DNA from: Utricularia gibba
Taxonomy: Eukaryota; Plantae; Magnoliophyta
Direction of reading: 5' to 3'
DNA length: 64,000 bases
Assembly: GCA_002189035.1 (NCBI GenBank)
Contig: NEEC01000009.1
Location: 2,480,001-2,544,000 of the forward strand
How positions within the stretch are numbered: position 1 is the first letter of the stretch; every line of letters begins with the position of its first letter. A program made the position numbers and the translations under genes. This document shows positions 1 through 13,397 of this stretch, piece after piece. The notes below the pieces were generated by a model. That model was not told where the DNA came from, searched no databases, and saw only the letters and a list, made by a program, of their open reading frames with translations.

Positions 1-208
1 ATTTATCGTCCCTGAGTGTTTGACAGTGTTAGTATTGAAGTTGGAGTCAGGTCTTCAATCTCCTATGAAGCACAATTTTACATAAAAGAGGGTATTTTTT
101 TTATAGATTCTCTAGATTCTTTTTGTTTATTAACATGTTGCATTTACTTGAATGCATTGCAATTTTTCAGTCTCAATTCAAACTCTTCACAAGCATATGA
201 TGTTTCAG

Positions 209-1724
209 GGAGGAAAATTTACAGAAGCTGAAGAATTGTTTGAAAAACTTCTGAACGGGGAGATTTCAACCTTGAAAGTAGACCAGAAAATGTTTCACAT
301 GATGATTTATATGTACAAGAAAAAGGGGTCTTATGACAAAGCTCGTAAACTGTTTGCAATGATGGCAGATAGAGGCGTGCCACAAACAACAGTTACTTAC
401 AACAGCTTGATGTCCTTTGAAACTAACTACAAGGAGGTTTCGAATGTATTCGACCAGGTATAAATAAACATTTTTGAAACGTGTTTATGTGTTCAAATCC
501 TGCCATGGTTGTACCTCTTCACTGAATGAATATGAATCAACTACAAACTATAACAAAAAAATTAGATGGGTTTCGCACTTGTTATAGCCAAGGTCACTGA
601 TGATGTTAGCATGAATCAAGTTGGAAAGATGCTTTGCATGATAAGGCTAACATACCACAATTTTTGTTTATGAGGTTTTGTCAATGGAATACCTAGGATA
701 TAATTAGGTATATTTTTTCCCCTGCAGCTTGTGCTTATGATAACTAAAGTGCTTTCATCAGATGCAAAAAGCGGGTCTTCAACCGGATGTTGTGAGCTAC
801 GCACTTCTTGTTAATGCCTATGGGAAAGCTAGGAGGGAAGAAGAGGCGTTAGCTGTTTTTGAAGAGATGCTTGATGCTGAAGTCAGGTTTGACATTTAAA
901 TAGAAACCTCTTAACACTTCATCTGCAAAAGAATTGTTTTCAGTAGGGTTATCTTCACCAAATGGTTGCATAATATAAAAAAACGGTACTTCAGACCTAC
1001 AGGGAAAGCATATAACATCCTACTTGATGCATTTGCAATCTCTGGAATGGTGGAACAGGCCCGAACCGTCTTTAAGAGCATGCGAAGAGACAGGTCAGCA
1101 ATTTCAACACCTTTTTTCTTCTCGTTTTCCCCATAATCATACCCCCCTTCACCATGTACCAAATATTTGCTGTTATCGTGTGGCAGATGTACCCCTGATC
1201 TTTTCTCCTACACCACCATGCTATCAGCATACGTCAATGCATCCGATATGGATGGTGCTGAAAAGTTCTTCAAGAGGATACAACAAGATGGTCTTGAACC
1301 AAACGTAGTCACTCATGGAACTCTAATAAAAGGGTACGCTAGAGCCAACAACATTGAGAAAATGATGGAAAAATATGAGGCCATGCGTGCCCTCGGCATT
1401 AAAGCCAATGCAACCATCTTCACCACAATCATGGAAGCTTTTGGTAGAAACAAAGGCTTCAGCAGCGGAGCCGAATGGTTCAACGAGATGATTTCCAGTG
1501 GTGTAGCACCTGATCAGAAAGCCAAGAACATCCTCTTGTCCTTAGCAAAAACTGCACAGGAGTTACAGGAAGCTAAGGAGATCATAGACAGCCATTCTCC
1601 CAATGAGCTATTGAACACCGATGGTGGTGATGATGATGATGATGATGATGATGAGAATGCCAATGTGGATGAATTTGATGAGCTTATGAGCATTAGTGGC
1701 CAGCCAGGAGCCTATGATTTGTGA
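209..1724 (+). CDS. P-class pentatricopeptide repeat protein, At3g59040-like (5' exons lie upstream of the window)
   Basis: Exons 209-457, 762-886, 995-1093 and 1187-1724 with GT-AG boundaries join in frame. PPR motifs include KVDQKMFHMMIYMYKK, PDVVSYALLVNAYGKA and PDLFSYTTMLSAYVNASD. Ends in a poly-Asp tail. Confidence 0.9.
1629..1652 (+). repeat. (GAT)8 coding microsatellite (poly-Asp)
   Basis: Read directly from the sequence; translates to D8 in the last PPR exon. Confidence 0.95.
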
Positions 1725-2266
1725 CCTGTGCTTCTTTTTTTTGGCGCCCTCTTCACATATATAGTGTCATCAGTTGGTAGCTTGAGAATTCCAAGTGGTG
1801 AGCAGCATGCCTGGTGCCACCTGTTTCACAAAAAAAAAATGTTTATTTAAGAATCAATTATTTGACCCTATTTTTCAAGGAAACAAAGGGATACAGAAAG
1901 AAAACCCTATCGTCATGAAAGCTACTCCCTATTCCGTTGACTCCTCTTCTCTCTAATTAAAATACTAATAAATGTATATTCCTTAATCGCTGTCTTATGA
2001 ATCGGTGGACGTCAATTGTCAATTCAAAAGGGTGTTGTGGTAATTTCGCATACCATGCTGTCTGTGCTTCTGTTTATGATTCAGCGACACGAGGCCCTAC
2101 GGATGAAGGGGTCGCGGTGTTAATTCGCGAAAATACCCATTGCTGAAAAAGTCACTGGTTTTCTTCCTCGCGGGTCACAGCTGTTCTTCCCCTAATCAAT
2201 TCTGATTTCGGCATTGTCGCCACGATTTCCCCCTTTCTCCGCCGCTACGCCGCCGTATATTGGGCG

Positions 2267-3738
2267 ATGCTGCCGGGCAGCAGTCCCATGCCGTATTCGG
2301 CCTCTGAGCATCATTCTCCTAAGGCGTCCAAGAGATTGGAGCTCAGATGCACCTTTCAATCCGTCAAATCTCACATCTCCGTCCACCATTGCGCCTGGCT
2401 CAGCTTCACCGTTCTGCTGCAGTTTCTAATCATCTATTCCCTCAGTCGAGCATCGCCGTCGCCTTCTCAAACCGCCGTTCAGAGACAGAGATTTGAGTCG
2501 GTTCCAACCGAGGCGGAAGCCCTCGTTGATGGGGCTTGTAGGTTTGGGAGGATTTTTGTCTACGATTTACCCCCAATGTTTAATAAAGAGCTTCTGGATA
2601 ATTGTCATGACTTGGAACCATGGAGCTCGCGTTGTAACGCCGTATCGAACGGCGGATTTGGGCCACCGGCGTCCGGGTTGGAAGGAATCGTGCCAGCGAA
2701 TCTCACGCCGGCTTGGTACTGGACGGATATGTACGCGGCGGAAGTTATTTACCACGAACGGATGAAGAAGTACAAGTGCAGAACGGTGAATCAAGATAAA
2801 GCAACGGCGTTTTACATCCCATTCTACGCCGGACTCGCCGTGGGGAAGTATCTCTGGTTCAATTACACCTCCAAGGATCGGATTATCACGCGGCGGCGAT
2901 GCTGGATTGGGTCAAGAACCAGATCCCGTGGCGGCGCTCAAACGGGTCGGATCATTTCATCATGCTCGGCCGGTTAACCTGGGATTTCCGGCGACTTTCG
3001 GACGAAGATACTGAATGGGGCACCAAATTCATATACATGCCGTTGATGAAGAACGTGCTTCGTCTCTCCGTGGAGAGGAGCAAATGGGACGAGCTCGAAT
3101 TCAGCGTGCCCTACCCCACGGCGTTTCACCCGAGATCCAAATCCGAGATCCGCCAGTGGCAGAGCTTCATACTCAGCCGTCCACGGCGAAACCTCTTCTC
3201 CTTCGTCGGCGCGACGCGGAAGAAGATCCGAGATGACTTCCGAGGAATTCTAATGAGCTACTGCAAGCGCGAATCGACGACGTGCAGGGTTGTCGATTGC
3301 TCGGAGACCCGCTGTTACGACGGAGCCCCGTCGATCCTGGAGGCGTTCCTGGATTCCGATTTCTGCCTGCAACCAAAAGGCGACGGGTACACGCGAAGAT
3401 CCACTTTCGATTGCATGCTCGCCGGTTCCATTCCGGTGTTCTTCTGGAGAGGAAGCTTCGAGAATCAGTTCCAATGGCACCTGCCCCAGGACGCCACGAC
3501 GTATTCGGCGTTCATCGATCGGGATGCCGTCCGGAACGGGACGGTGATTATCCGGCAGGTTCTGGAGAAGTTCAGCCGCGAAGACGTGAGGAGGATGAGG
3601 CAAACGATCGTGGAGTTTCTGCCGACGGTGATGTACTCGAGGTTCGACATCCACGGCGGCACAGACGCATTTGATGTGGCGATGGATTCAGTTTTGCGGA
3701 GGTTCAGGTCCCAATCACATGATAATTTAAATTTTTGA
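2267..3738 (+). CDS. XLT2: GT47/exostosin-family xyloglucan galactosyltransferase, XLT2-like (single exon; apparent -1 frameshift at 2880-2881)
   Basis: ORFs 2267-2977 and 2899-3738 form one protein: N-terminal TM segment, then GRIFVYDLP, ATAFYIPFYAGLAVG, DHFIMLGRLTWDFRR, FCLQPKGD and FDCMLAGSIPVFFW. Adding one base at AAGGATCGGATTAT restores KDRDYHAAAMLDWV. Confidence 0.88.
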
Positions 3739-5559
3739 TCTTAGATTTTGAAGTCTACTAAATTATTGGTGCGTGTGCGTATGTATATCTATGTATACCA
3801 TGTGCGTTGTTGTGGGGTGGAATAAATTCCATTTTATGATGGGCCCCGATTTTGGATGCGGAGTGGGCCATTGACCGCCCTGGCTGATTTGGATGGAGAT
3901 CACGCCTGGACCACCCGCAACGTGGAAAGGACCATTTCACATGACATCCCACAAATAAATTACCTTACTTTTCATGTTTTCAAATTAGATTCAATCATTT
4001 TTATTAAATGTTAAAAATATATATATGTTATTTTAAAATTTAAATGATTGATTTTATTTTTTACAGTATTTTTAAGACTGATTTTGTGATGCCAAAACTC
4101 CTCCACCTCCATCAACTCAAATGACATTTTCTGAACCATTTAATCCTTTTCAATTTTATGTAACTGGGAAGTAAGAATTCAAGAGCAATAGTGCATTTGG
4201 TGCTGCAATAGTTCAAGCAAGGGACAAGGGCATCCATATCATCATCATACGCGCATCACTCATGACATAATGCAATGAAACAGTCATTCATACAGGCTGA
4301 CGGTAAGAAGTAAGAGTCACAGGTTTTCCCCAAGAAGAGTTGAAGGGTTCAACTAAGATAAGACAGCATGCTGATAAAATGAAAAGGACCGAGCAATCCA
4401 AACATTCGACCAAGAGAGCAGCACATACCAGCACACGTCATATTTCGTGTCCTATCCCACAGAAGCTTCGTAGAACCGTGTTTACTTTGAAAAAACCAGG
4501 GTCCTTCACTTGAGGAATGTAAGCTAATATTGGAAGATAGTGTTTGAATCACCACGACATGGGTGTCCATCTTTCCTCGAAATTGCCATCAAACAGAGCA
4601 GCAGGAAAATCATTCAAGACCCCAACAGAATTTCGTTGGGGTGATGTTAATTAGGGTCGTTACCAATTGCACTATACATCATTTTTCGCCAGTCTCGCGT
4701 CTCGCTCTGTAAAAGAGCATTGCTGTTTCAAAATGAGAAGAAACAGATGATCATTTTCGATAAATGGGCAAGCAAGTGCAATAAAAGCTAGAAAAAGTAC
4801 TCCTTCCAACAATGCTTTCAATCACCAAAAAACCGGATAACTTCAATTGATGGGCACGGAAACGTAAAAAAGCAAGCACATGCCAAAATACGGTACTCAT
4901 ATTAACGCTCTCAAGTACCTCAACTGATGACCCGGAAATCTGGAAAAAGAATCTCAACAGAAAACCAGAAGATGGAGATAATTCCTCACCTGTGAACGTC
5001 GCCGGAGATGACTGCCCATGTGCTCATAGGTAACGAAGGTAAACAATCTGGAGATAGAATCGAATCCAGGAAAGGACGACCTCGCTGGAGATGAAATTCG
5101 TCAGGGTAAAAGTAAGCAACCCATTAGTTTCAGCCACGGTCAGAATCAGATGCTCGCAGTCGCTTTCATCAATCAATTACTCAAAAATATAATATTTTTC
5201 CTAAAGGCGATTTAACGAAGATTTTCAAAATATAATTTAATATTACTGCTGATAAATAGCAACAAATCAACCACGCTTTTTGGAGGCCTAAAGCTCGTAG
5301 CCTGGCTCATTAGTCAACAAAGGACTGCTGCATTTATGATCAAACAACACATCTCATTACAAACCAAAGAAGACAAAGAAGAGCTTCCACCGACGGTGAA
5401 TCAATAATACATGAGCAGTGAAGATCAAGAGATCACACCACAGTTTCAAATCCAGGAATAGCAACGACAACAAACAGCCTTCACTTCACATTCGTCACAC
5501 AGCAACATCGCACGGAAGAAGTTGTTAAAAGCACACACAGATTTGTTCCTTCCCATTTT

Positions 5560-5834
5560 CTACTTGGTGATCGCATAAACCGCGTAAATTATACCAGGCA
5601 GGTAACCAAACAGCGTCAAGATCAAGGATATCCAGAACTCAACCTTCAAAAATAAGAACAATCAAACAATTCATGAATTCACCATAATCAACAGAAAAAA
5701 GAACCAAGAATCGATAAATTTGGGGGAAAAAGCTTTAAAAACGTTACTCCGCAGCCGAACTTGAGGAAGACTCCGAGAGGCGGGAGAATAATCGCGACGA
5801 GAATGTCGATGCACGTAGCAGTTCCGTCCGCCAT
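5560..5834 (-). CDS. RCI2: RCI2/LTI6/PMP3 low-temperature and salt-responsive membrane peptide, 56 aa
   Basis: complement(join(5560..5643,5748..5834)) = MADGTATCIDILVAIILPPLGVFLKFGCG|VEFWISLILTLFGYLPGIIYAVYAITK*, with a GT-AG intron. Missed by the ORF track. Confidence 0.96.
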
Positions 5835-6126
5835 GGCAATAAACAAAATGAATGTTTGAATAACCGTGGAAACTGGTGAGCGAGAGATCGGTTATTTATA
5901 TAGCGGTCGGCAGGAGAAGGTAACCGAGTGGTTGAGTGGGCTTTTATCCGGTGTTCCGCGTCTACAGCTCACAGCATCATGTGGGCACCACGTGTCGAGC
6001 TTATCCTCAGTGCTGTACACTGATTTTCCTGGGGTTAGTTTCTTCATGAAACTTGCATGGACCTCACCACACCGGATAAAAATAATAATAAAACAAAACT
6101 ACAAAAATCCGGCTGCGGAAGTTGTG

Positions 6127-8826
6127 TCATTTGACACGCCCCTTCGAATGAGAGCCGTACTTACGTCTCCCGGAGCCCGGGGTTCCATTTTCCTTCAGCT
6201 TCTTCTTGGTTTTGGTGTTCTCACAGGAAGCCTTCTTCCTCTTCTTTCCTGGAGATTTTTTGTCAGCATCTTTGCGAATGTCGGCGCCACGGGGGAGAGG
6301 GTCATCGTCGTCCTCGTTCATGGCCCAGTTGCAGTACATCTCTTGAGTATCATGCAGTGGCTCTCCTGCTCCTGGGAGGACGTTGCCCAACGTCTTCCTT
6401 CCATTCGATCCTCCTCTGCGTTCCAAGAGCACAGCATCCGGCCTGATTATGGCACCCAGAATGCTGCGGTTCGGGCCGAGTCGTGCTATGACTCTTGTGT
6501 TGGTCAGTGTAGTGTAGGCCATTGCGAAGGCTGATCTGACCTGCAGAAGCAAAAGAAGCGGTGGTAGGCACAACGTCATCATGTGTAGCTGCTGTAGCAT
6601 TACATTATGTCTCTGATCCGAACAGCAAATGGGAAGTTACCTGGTAATAGTTGTATGAGTTCTTCCCTATGTCATTATCTGGGGCCTGGTTTACCAGAAA
6701 GTGTATAAATTAGCAATACAACCAAAGCATTGCTTATTGTGATGTATAGATAGAGTAACAATGCAGCATAGGTGATTAACCTGAGGGTCCTCGATGGAGA
6801 TACAAGTTCCCCGACCTCCACCAGAGAATCTGCAACACCCAAGGAGGGATTAGAGAAACAAGAAGCAGAATAAATACGCATACAAAATGGTATCTGTGAA
6901 AACTTAATCCACCATACCCTTTCCTATGCTTTTGAAAGAACACAAGATCCCCATTGCAGGATACTCCAACATCTGCGGTATTTAATTTGCACCCATACAT
7001 TTCAAAGAAGTTTACCTGCTTACAAAAAGCCTAGCTTAATATGTATGTTACGTGGAAAGAGAAGCCTTGGCAACTAGAACGGAATATGTACCAACCAATA
7101 GTACTCCAAGGTTATACTCGGGTGAACCTTGGTGGTCCTTCTGGGTCTGTAAGATAAGGATATCACAAAGCCAGCAATGAGTGGATTTGGGACCAGCATT
7201 GCTGTCAAGCTGGAGTACAGGGAAATCAGGACTAGCAAATTACCCGAAGCATTGCTATAAGCATTGAGAGAAGGGCATACGATCCTATTCCGCCAGTATA
7301 CACCTGGAGAGGACTGTCAACTTAGAAAAAATGTAATCACAACAGAACACCCTCAAAAGACTAAAAGGAAAAGAACAAGAGGCTCTACTTCATTCAATTC
7401 TCTTTGCTGCAGGAAGACTTTCAAAATCAGACAAAGAGGTCTAAGAGGTGGCCACTTAGACATAACATGCTGCAATGCAAAAAAACATACACATTATAAG
7501 GCAGCAAAACAAAATTTCAAAAACAACAAAAGGAGAACAAAACATGGAAAAGAGATCGTACCTTTATAAATTCAGCAGATTTTGGCCCATTACTGACGTC
7601 AAAACTGTATCACCAACAAAAGCAAGATGACATACTTCATCGCTACAGCTAGCCAAGCTAAAGTTTACTACAAGTCATTTAAAAAGAAGCAGAGATGTAG
7701 AGCACCTAACATCAAAAGCAAAACCACTGTGCTTCTCCACAAATTTGATAATTGGTACCCTAGCCTTTGAAATGACCTGTTAAAAAGCAAAAAAAACAAT
7801 AAAAATGGAAAGGTACTCTTGATACGGAATCTCTCAACGCATTACAATAGCACTACCTGTATTTTCTTGGCCATTCCACTGCGTGATAGAGCCTTAGAGA
7901 GCGCCTGTAAACCAATACCAGGGTTCTCTACATTGGAACCCAATATCACAATCTGCAGATCATGATCAAAATTTCTGTTACTTGAATAACTAGCCTAGAT
8001 ATTTGGAAATGTTCAAAGAAAATCTGGTTGCGGGTAACCATGACCTTCTGATAAATGTACTTCACGATAAGAGATAGATGTTTTTTCTTATAAACATTAC
8101 CATTATAAAGTGAAAATAAACCCAAAATCTTACGTCAATGTCGCTAGATGGAAGGTAAAGCCCCGTCTTAAAAGATCCAAAAACTTCAACCTGCACATCA
8201 GCGAAAGCATCATAAACTATGCATTTTCCCCACTACAAATATTATTGTCTGGATACCTGCTAGGATACCTGAGAATCCGGCCAGATATATCTAATAAGGC
8301 CAAATACAGCTTCTATAGCAGCATTTCTGCGTTGTTGCTCCTCGGGTGTTGGTGATAAAAAATCAGAAAAATCAAGTATCTCTGCAGATAGAAAATTGGG
8401 ATGCGCACAAATTAGAACCACATCCATGGAAGCAATAAAAAAGCATCAATTTCACCAAACCAACTGAATAAAAAAATATTCCTTCCAAACCTTTATGGAG
8501 TCGAAGCATGGGACTCTTGATACGCAAATTCGAGTTAAACCAGCTTCCCTCCAGTGACTTCCATTCTAAGACACTCACATCATCCTTCTCCGCACGAATC
8601 GCCGGAACGTTGCCCTCTTCCAATGCGGCTTCCCCCACTTCGAGGGAAAAGTAATCAGGCGCTGCAGATTCCGGCGACGGGCATCGAACCGCTGATGCAG
8701 AAATCTCGTTACGCAAGACGAAGTACGATTCAGTTTCGGGGGAAGGAATGGGCACCGAAGCGTCGCCATCTCCGCCCCCAGCGGCGCTAGGGTTTCATAC
8801 AGAATGGCTTGCGCTTCCACCGCCAT
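6127..8826 (-). CDS. TRL: TRF4/5-like non-canonical poly(A) polymerase/nucleotidyltransferase (At5g53770-like), multi-exon; apparent -1 frameshift at 8775-8779
   Basis: N-terminus MAVEAQAILYETLAPL then PIPSPETESYFVLRNEIS, APDYFSLE and SPMLRLHK. C-terminal exon QVRSAFAMAYTTLTNTRVIARLGPNRSILGAIIRPD, LPGAGEPL, then a Lys-rich tail. Confidence 0.88.
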
Positions 8827-10223
8827 AATCAGAGAGCAAATTCCAGGGGGCGCTGCCGTCAAGACAATCACAACGCAATCGAAAATTTTCCCCAACAAGC
8901 ACGAATTCAACCAATTTCACACTAATGGGCCGGGCCTTGGGCCTCCTCCTCCTCACAATTGCCATAAATAGAACTCGAGATTCCCATCTTAAAAAAAAAA
9001 CTAGATTAATTAGAGTTAATTCAACACTAATCCTAGATTAAAATTTTCTAATAATTTTAAAATGAATATAATGAAAAGTTCGATTCAACCCATAAATGGA
9101 TTAAACCTATATTTAAAAGAGGGGTGGCGGTGGTGGGTGTGCTCAGAAGTCAAGCTTAATTAATATAAATGAGCTTTTAATTATGGAATTAATAGAAAGA
9201 TTAAAGAAATCAGGTGATGAGCAATTGGTGAAGACAAATGGTAAATTATAAATATTTGTTGAAACCAGTTGCTTCCTAGAAAAAACAACTGGGTTTTTAT
9301 GTGTATTGTTGGACCTACACAACCACTGCGTCGACACTTTCCTCCCCAACTGTTGACATTTCCCCGGAATTTGCAGGAGCCGCGCTTCCGTCGCCGGTAG
9401 CTGGGCCGGCGGAGCCCCGCCGTGACTTCCCATTAAAAAAGAAACGATCTTTTTTTACCCATTCATGGATTTTATATTTTACATTGCAGGTGAAGGTGAA
9501 GATATTCTGGTAAACTAGGAGCAGGGTTACTCCAAAAGGGAAAAAGGCTATGCCTTGTGTGGGATTACAGTCAAGGGGTGTGTACTGTGGTGATGGACTC
9601 ATTTGTGATATCGGAGCTCCAGTATTTTTGACGCCAGCATTTTGTCTCAGAAACCGCCATGTGGGATGCTTCCAAATCTACGCTGCAAAAGAATTCAACA
9701 GATTAGGAAGGCGGATTTCCAAGAGCCAGTAAAGTGGCATAGAATTCATGTTTTTAGGTGAAATGGTTTGGTGGGGTTGTCCAACTCCGTGAATGCCGCA
9801 ACCCCATCTCTCTCTGTCTCTCGTTTACTTGAAACAGGTTTCTCAGCCATGACTTCTTTGTCTGAACATACGTGTGGGAATATAAGTGGTTCCCGTCTAG
9901 GAAATAAAAGAAAATAGCATCAAGTCAACGCCTTGTGTCATTAGTTGAAATGGGTGTCGCCGGCTACGCCTGTTGTCTTCCTTAAATCTGGAACTCTGAT
10001 AATGTATTTTCCAATGCTTCATAAAGTACGGGGACAAGAGCGTCAGTTAAGCTTACTGCTGCTCCTTCTTTTCCCTTTCAGCTTTTCAAGGTTCCTCAAG
10101 AGAGGGGGAGGCAAAAGGGAGAAAAGGTGTATTGATCTCTAGTGCAAGGTCGCTTCACTCACAAGCTGCGTCTCTGATGGGTTCTGGCTCTGCTCTTTTT
10201 CTCTGATTACAGGCTGATCTTCC

Positions 10224-13200
10224 ATGGGAGGTGTTGGTTCTAGTCGGGCTCCTTTTGCGTTATCCCTTTCGATTCGGATGACTCCTCTGAAACTGGCTTT
10301 CTGGATTTCTGTTGTTAGTGCACTTCTGGGTGTTACAGCTCCTGCACAGAGGTGCGATCCCACTGATTCATCAGCTCTGATAGACTTTGCAGGGGAACTC
10401 ATAAATGGCTCTGTGAAATCTCTGTGGTCAAATACATCAGACTGCTGTAAATGGAATGGTGTTGTATGTGGTGAAACCAATGGATCTTCGGCAGCCAAAG
10501 TAACAATGTTGAAGCTCTCTGGAGAAGGCTTGGTGGGAAACATGAACGTCTCCAGATTTCTCTCTAACTTGGATCAGCTGAAAATCCTTGATCTTTCAAA
10601 CAACTCGCTTGAAGGGGAGCTACCCTTGAGTTTCTCGGGCCTGAGGCGGCTGCAAGTTCTGGATCTCAGCAGCAACATGCTCGCCGGATCGCCGTTTTCT
10701 GCGATTTCCGGGATGAATTCCATTCGGTCCCTCAATCTCTCGGTCAACTTCTTCACAGGAAACCTGAGTGATCTCGGAATATTTCCAAATCTCGTTGCGT
10801 TGAATATAAGCAACAACTTCATTGGTGGTCAACTCAGTTTTCAAAACAGCTGCTTTTCTTCAACCACACGCAGTCTTGATTTTTCATCTAACCAATTTAC
10901 TGGAGGAATTGAAGGAATAGGTAGCTGCAGTGCGTCCCTTGAGCTGCTTCACCTGGATTCAAATGGTCTCACAGGCCATCTCCCCGAGTCCTTGTACTCC
11001 CTTTCGTTGTTGCAGGTTCTTTCCATTTCCAGCAACTATCTTTCCGGGATCCTGAGTCCAAAAATCAGTAATCTTTCTAATCTTAATACCTTGGTTTTGT
11101 CTGGAAATGGATTCTCTGGTTCTATCCCTGATGTTTTTGGGAACTTGACAGAGCTTCAGACTCTCTCTGCGAGCTCAAATTCATTTACAGGGACTGTTCC
11201 CTTAACTTTATCATACTGCTCAAAGCTTCAAGTTCTTGATCTACGAAACAACTCGTTGTCTGGTTCCATCGATCTCAATTTCTCTGGACTCTCTGATCTT
11301 CAGATTCTTCAGCTCAGCAGTAATCAGTTTTATGGGTTGCTACCAGAGTCACTATCCTCGTGCCAGCAACTCACAACTGTGAATCTTGCAAGGAACAGCT
11401 TTACAGGGGAGATCCCAGCAAGTTATGCAAATCTCGGATCACTTGTCTTTATGTCCTTGTCAAAAAACAACCTGGTAAACCTGTATGCTTCATTATCTGC
11501 AATGATGCAATGCAAAAAACTTGCCATTCTCATACTCACGAAGAACTTCCAAGGAGAAGAAATACCTCAAAAAGTCCCTGGATCCAAGAGCCTGTCACTC
11601 CTGGCACTTGGGAACTGTGGATTAACGGGAGAGATCCCTGACTGGCTAGCGAACTGCTCCAACTTGCAGGTGCTGGATTTGTCATGGAACTTTCTGGGAG
11701 GAGGAATCCCTTCGTGGATCAACAAACTAGAAGGTCTCTTCTATCTGGATCTATCCAACAATTCCCTTTCTGGATCAATGCCAATGAGCATCACAGAGCT
11801 GAAGGGATTCATTTCAGCAACCATCGTTTCACCCAGTTTAAGCACCCCTACTGGTATTCCTCTATATGTTAAGAGAAACCAGAGTGTGAATGGGATGCAG
11901 TACAATCAAGCTTCAAGCTTCCCTCCATCTATTCTGCTGAGTGACAACCAAATAACTGGTCCAATATGGCCGGACATTGGGAGGCTGAGGCATCTTCATG
12001 TATTGGATCTGAGCAGGAATAACATCACTGGTACCATTCCAAGCTCCATCTCAAACATGGTCAACCTTGAGACACTGGACTTGTCTTATAATGATCTCCA
12101 TGGATCCATTCCTTCCTCCTTCAATGTCCTCACCTTCTTGTCCAAGTTCAGTGTTGCTTACAATCAACTGGCTGGACCAATTCCCACAGGGGGGCAGTTT
12201 CTCAGCTTCCCATACTCAAGTTTTGAAGGGAACCCTGGACTTTGTGGATCTTTACTCTCTACCTGTTCCAACAACACAGATGATAATGGAACGCAGGATA
12301 CACCAGCGACATTAGATAGTGATTTTGGCAAGCTCACTATCATTGGGATAGCAATCAGTATTGCAGTCGGTTTTTCTGTGATCCTGGCCATCATTCTCCT
12401 CAGGAGATCAAGAAAAATTGGGGTACATGTGGAAGATGTGGAGGAAAGAGATGCCAACTCTTCATCAAAGCTCACTGATGCAACATACATCGGCTATCCA
12501 AAGTTTGTTCTTTTCAAGAATGCTGATTGCCAGGGCATCACGGTTGCAGATTTGCTTAAAGCAACGAACAACTTCAGCCCATCAAACATTGTTGGGTGTG
12601 GAGGATTTGGACTAGTTTACAAAGCCGAGCTCCCAGATGGCACCAAAGCTGCAATAAAGAAACTCTCTGGGAACTGCGGCCAAATCGAACGCGAGTTTCA
12701 AGCAGAAGTGGAATCCCTCTCAAAAGCCCAACACAAAAACCTCGTATCTCTTCAAGGATACTGTCTTTCGGGGAACGAAAGGCTCTTGATATACTCCTAC
12801 ATGGAGAATGGAAGCTTGGATTACTGGCTGCACGAAAGACTCGAAATGGGCACTCCCCTAAATTGGGCAACAAGATTGAAAATCGCTCAAGGTGCAGCTC
12901 GCGGCCTAGCGTACCTCCACAACGAACCAAACATAGTCCATCGCGACATCAAAACAAGCAACATTCTTCTAGATGAGAAATTCGAAGCACACCTGGCTGA
13001 TTTCGGGCTCGCGAGGCTGCTGCCTCCTTGCGACACCCACGTGTCGACTGATCTGGTGGGCACACTGGGATACATCCCACCGGAGTACGGGCAAACCCTG
13101 GCGGCAACTTTCCGGGGAGATGTTTACAGTTTCGGAATCGTGCTTCTTGAGCTTCTCACGGGACGGCGCCCGGTTGAAATCGGGAAAGGGAAAACATGCA

Positions 13201-13397
13201 GAGATCTGGTGGCCTGGGTGTACCAGCGGATAAATGAGAAGAAGGAGAACGAGATCTTCGAATCGTGCTTGAGGGATAAGAATAACGAGAAGCAGCTTCT
13301 CGAGGTTCTTGGCATTGCCTGCAAATGCATCGACAAAGAGCCCAAGAACAGGCCCTGCATCGACGAGGTCGTCTCTCTTCTCGAAACCTTCAAGTAG
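10224..13397 (+). CDS. PSKR2: Phytosulfokine receptor 2-like LRR receptor kinase (intronless; alternative start at 10278)
   Basis: 1057-aa ORF with signal peptide, LRRs, island domain GIPLYVKRNQSVNGMQYNQASSFPPSILLS, TM segment and kinase (GCGGFG, HRDIKTSN, DFG, GTLGYIPPEY). Confidence 0.93.
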   Translation: MGGVGSSRAPFALSLSIRMTPLKLAFWISVVSALLGVTAPAQRCDPTDSSALIDFAGELINGSVKSLWSNTSDCCKWNGVVCGETNGSSAAKVTMLKLSGEGLVGNMNVSRFLSNLDQLKILDLSNNSLEGELPLSFSGLRRLQVLDLSSNMLAGSPFSAISGMNSIRSLNLSVNFFTGNLSDLGIFPNLVALNISNNFIGGQLSFQNSCFSSTTRSLDFSSNQFTGGIEGIGSCSASLELLHLDSNGLTGHLPESLYSLSLLQVLSISSNYLSGILSPKISNLSNLNTLVLSGNGFSGSIPDVFGNLTELQTLSASSNSFTGTVPLTLSYCSKLQVLDLRNNSLSGSIDLNFSGLSDLQILQLSSNQFYGLLPESLSSCQQLTTVNLARNSFTGEIPASYANLGSLVFMSLSKNNLVNLYASLSAMMQCKKLAILILTKNFQGEEIPQKVPGSKSLSLLALGNCGLTGEIPDWLANCSNLQVLDLSWNFLGGGIPSWINKLEGLFYLDLSNNSLSGSMPMSITELKGFISATIVSPSLSTPTGIPLYVKRNQSVNGMQYNQASSFPPSILLSDNQITGPIWPDIGRLRHLHVLDLSRNNITGTIPSSISNMVNLETLDLSYNDLHGSIPSSFNVLTFLSKFSVAYNQLAGPIPTGGQFLSFPYSSFEGNPGLCGSLLSTCSNNTDDNGTQDTPATLDSDFGKLTIIGIAISIAVGFSVILAIILLRRSRKIGVHVEDVEERDANSSSKLTDATYIGYPKFVLFKNADCQGITVADLLKATNNFSPSNIVGCGGFGLVYKAELPDGTKAAIKKLSGNCGQIEREFQAEVESLSKAQHKNLVSLQGYCLSGNERLLIYSYMENGSLDYWLHERLEMGTPLNWATRLKIAQGAARGLAYLHNEPNIVHRDIKTSNILLDEKFEAHLADFGLARLLPPCDTHVSTDLVGTLGYIPPEYGQTLAATFRGDVYSFGIVLLELLTGRRPVEIGKGKTCRDLVAWVYQRINEKKENEIFESCLRDKNNEKQLLEVLGIACKCIDKEPKNRPCIDEVVSLLETFK

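Noticed and set aside
9760-9815. Short inverted repeat TGGGGTTG...CAACCCCA upstream of PSKR2
   Set aside because: Only about 8 bp of stem with a long unpaired loop; too weak for a miRNA or structured RNA call.
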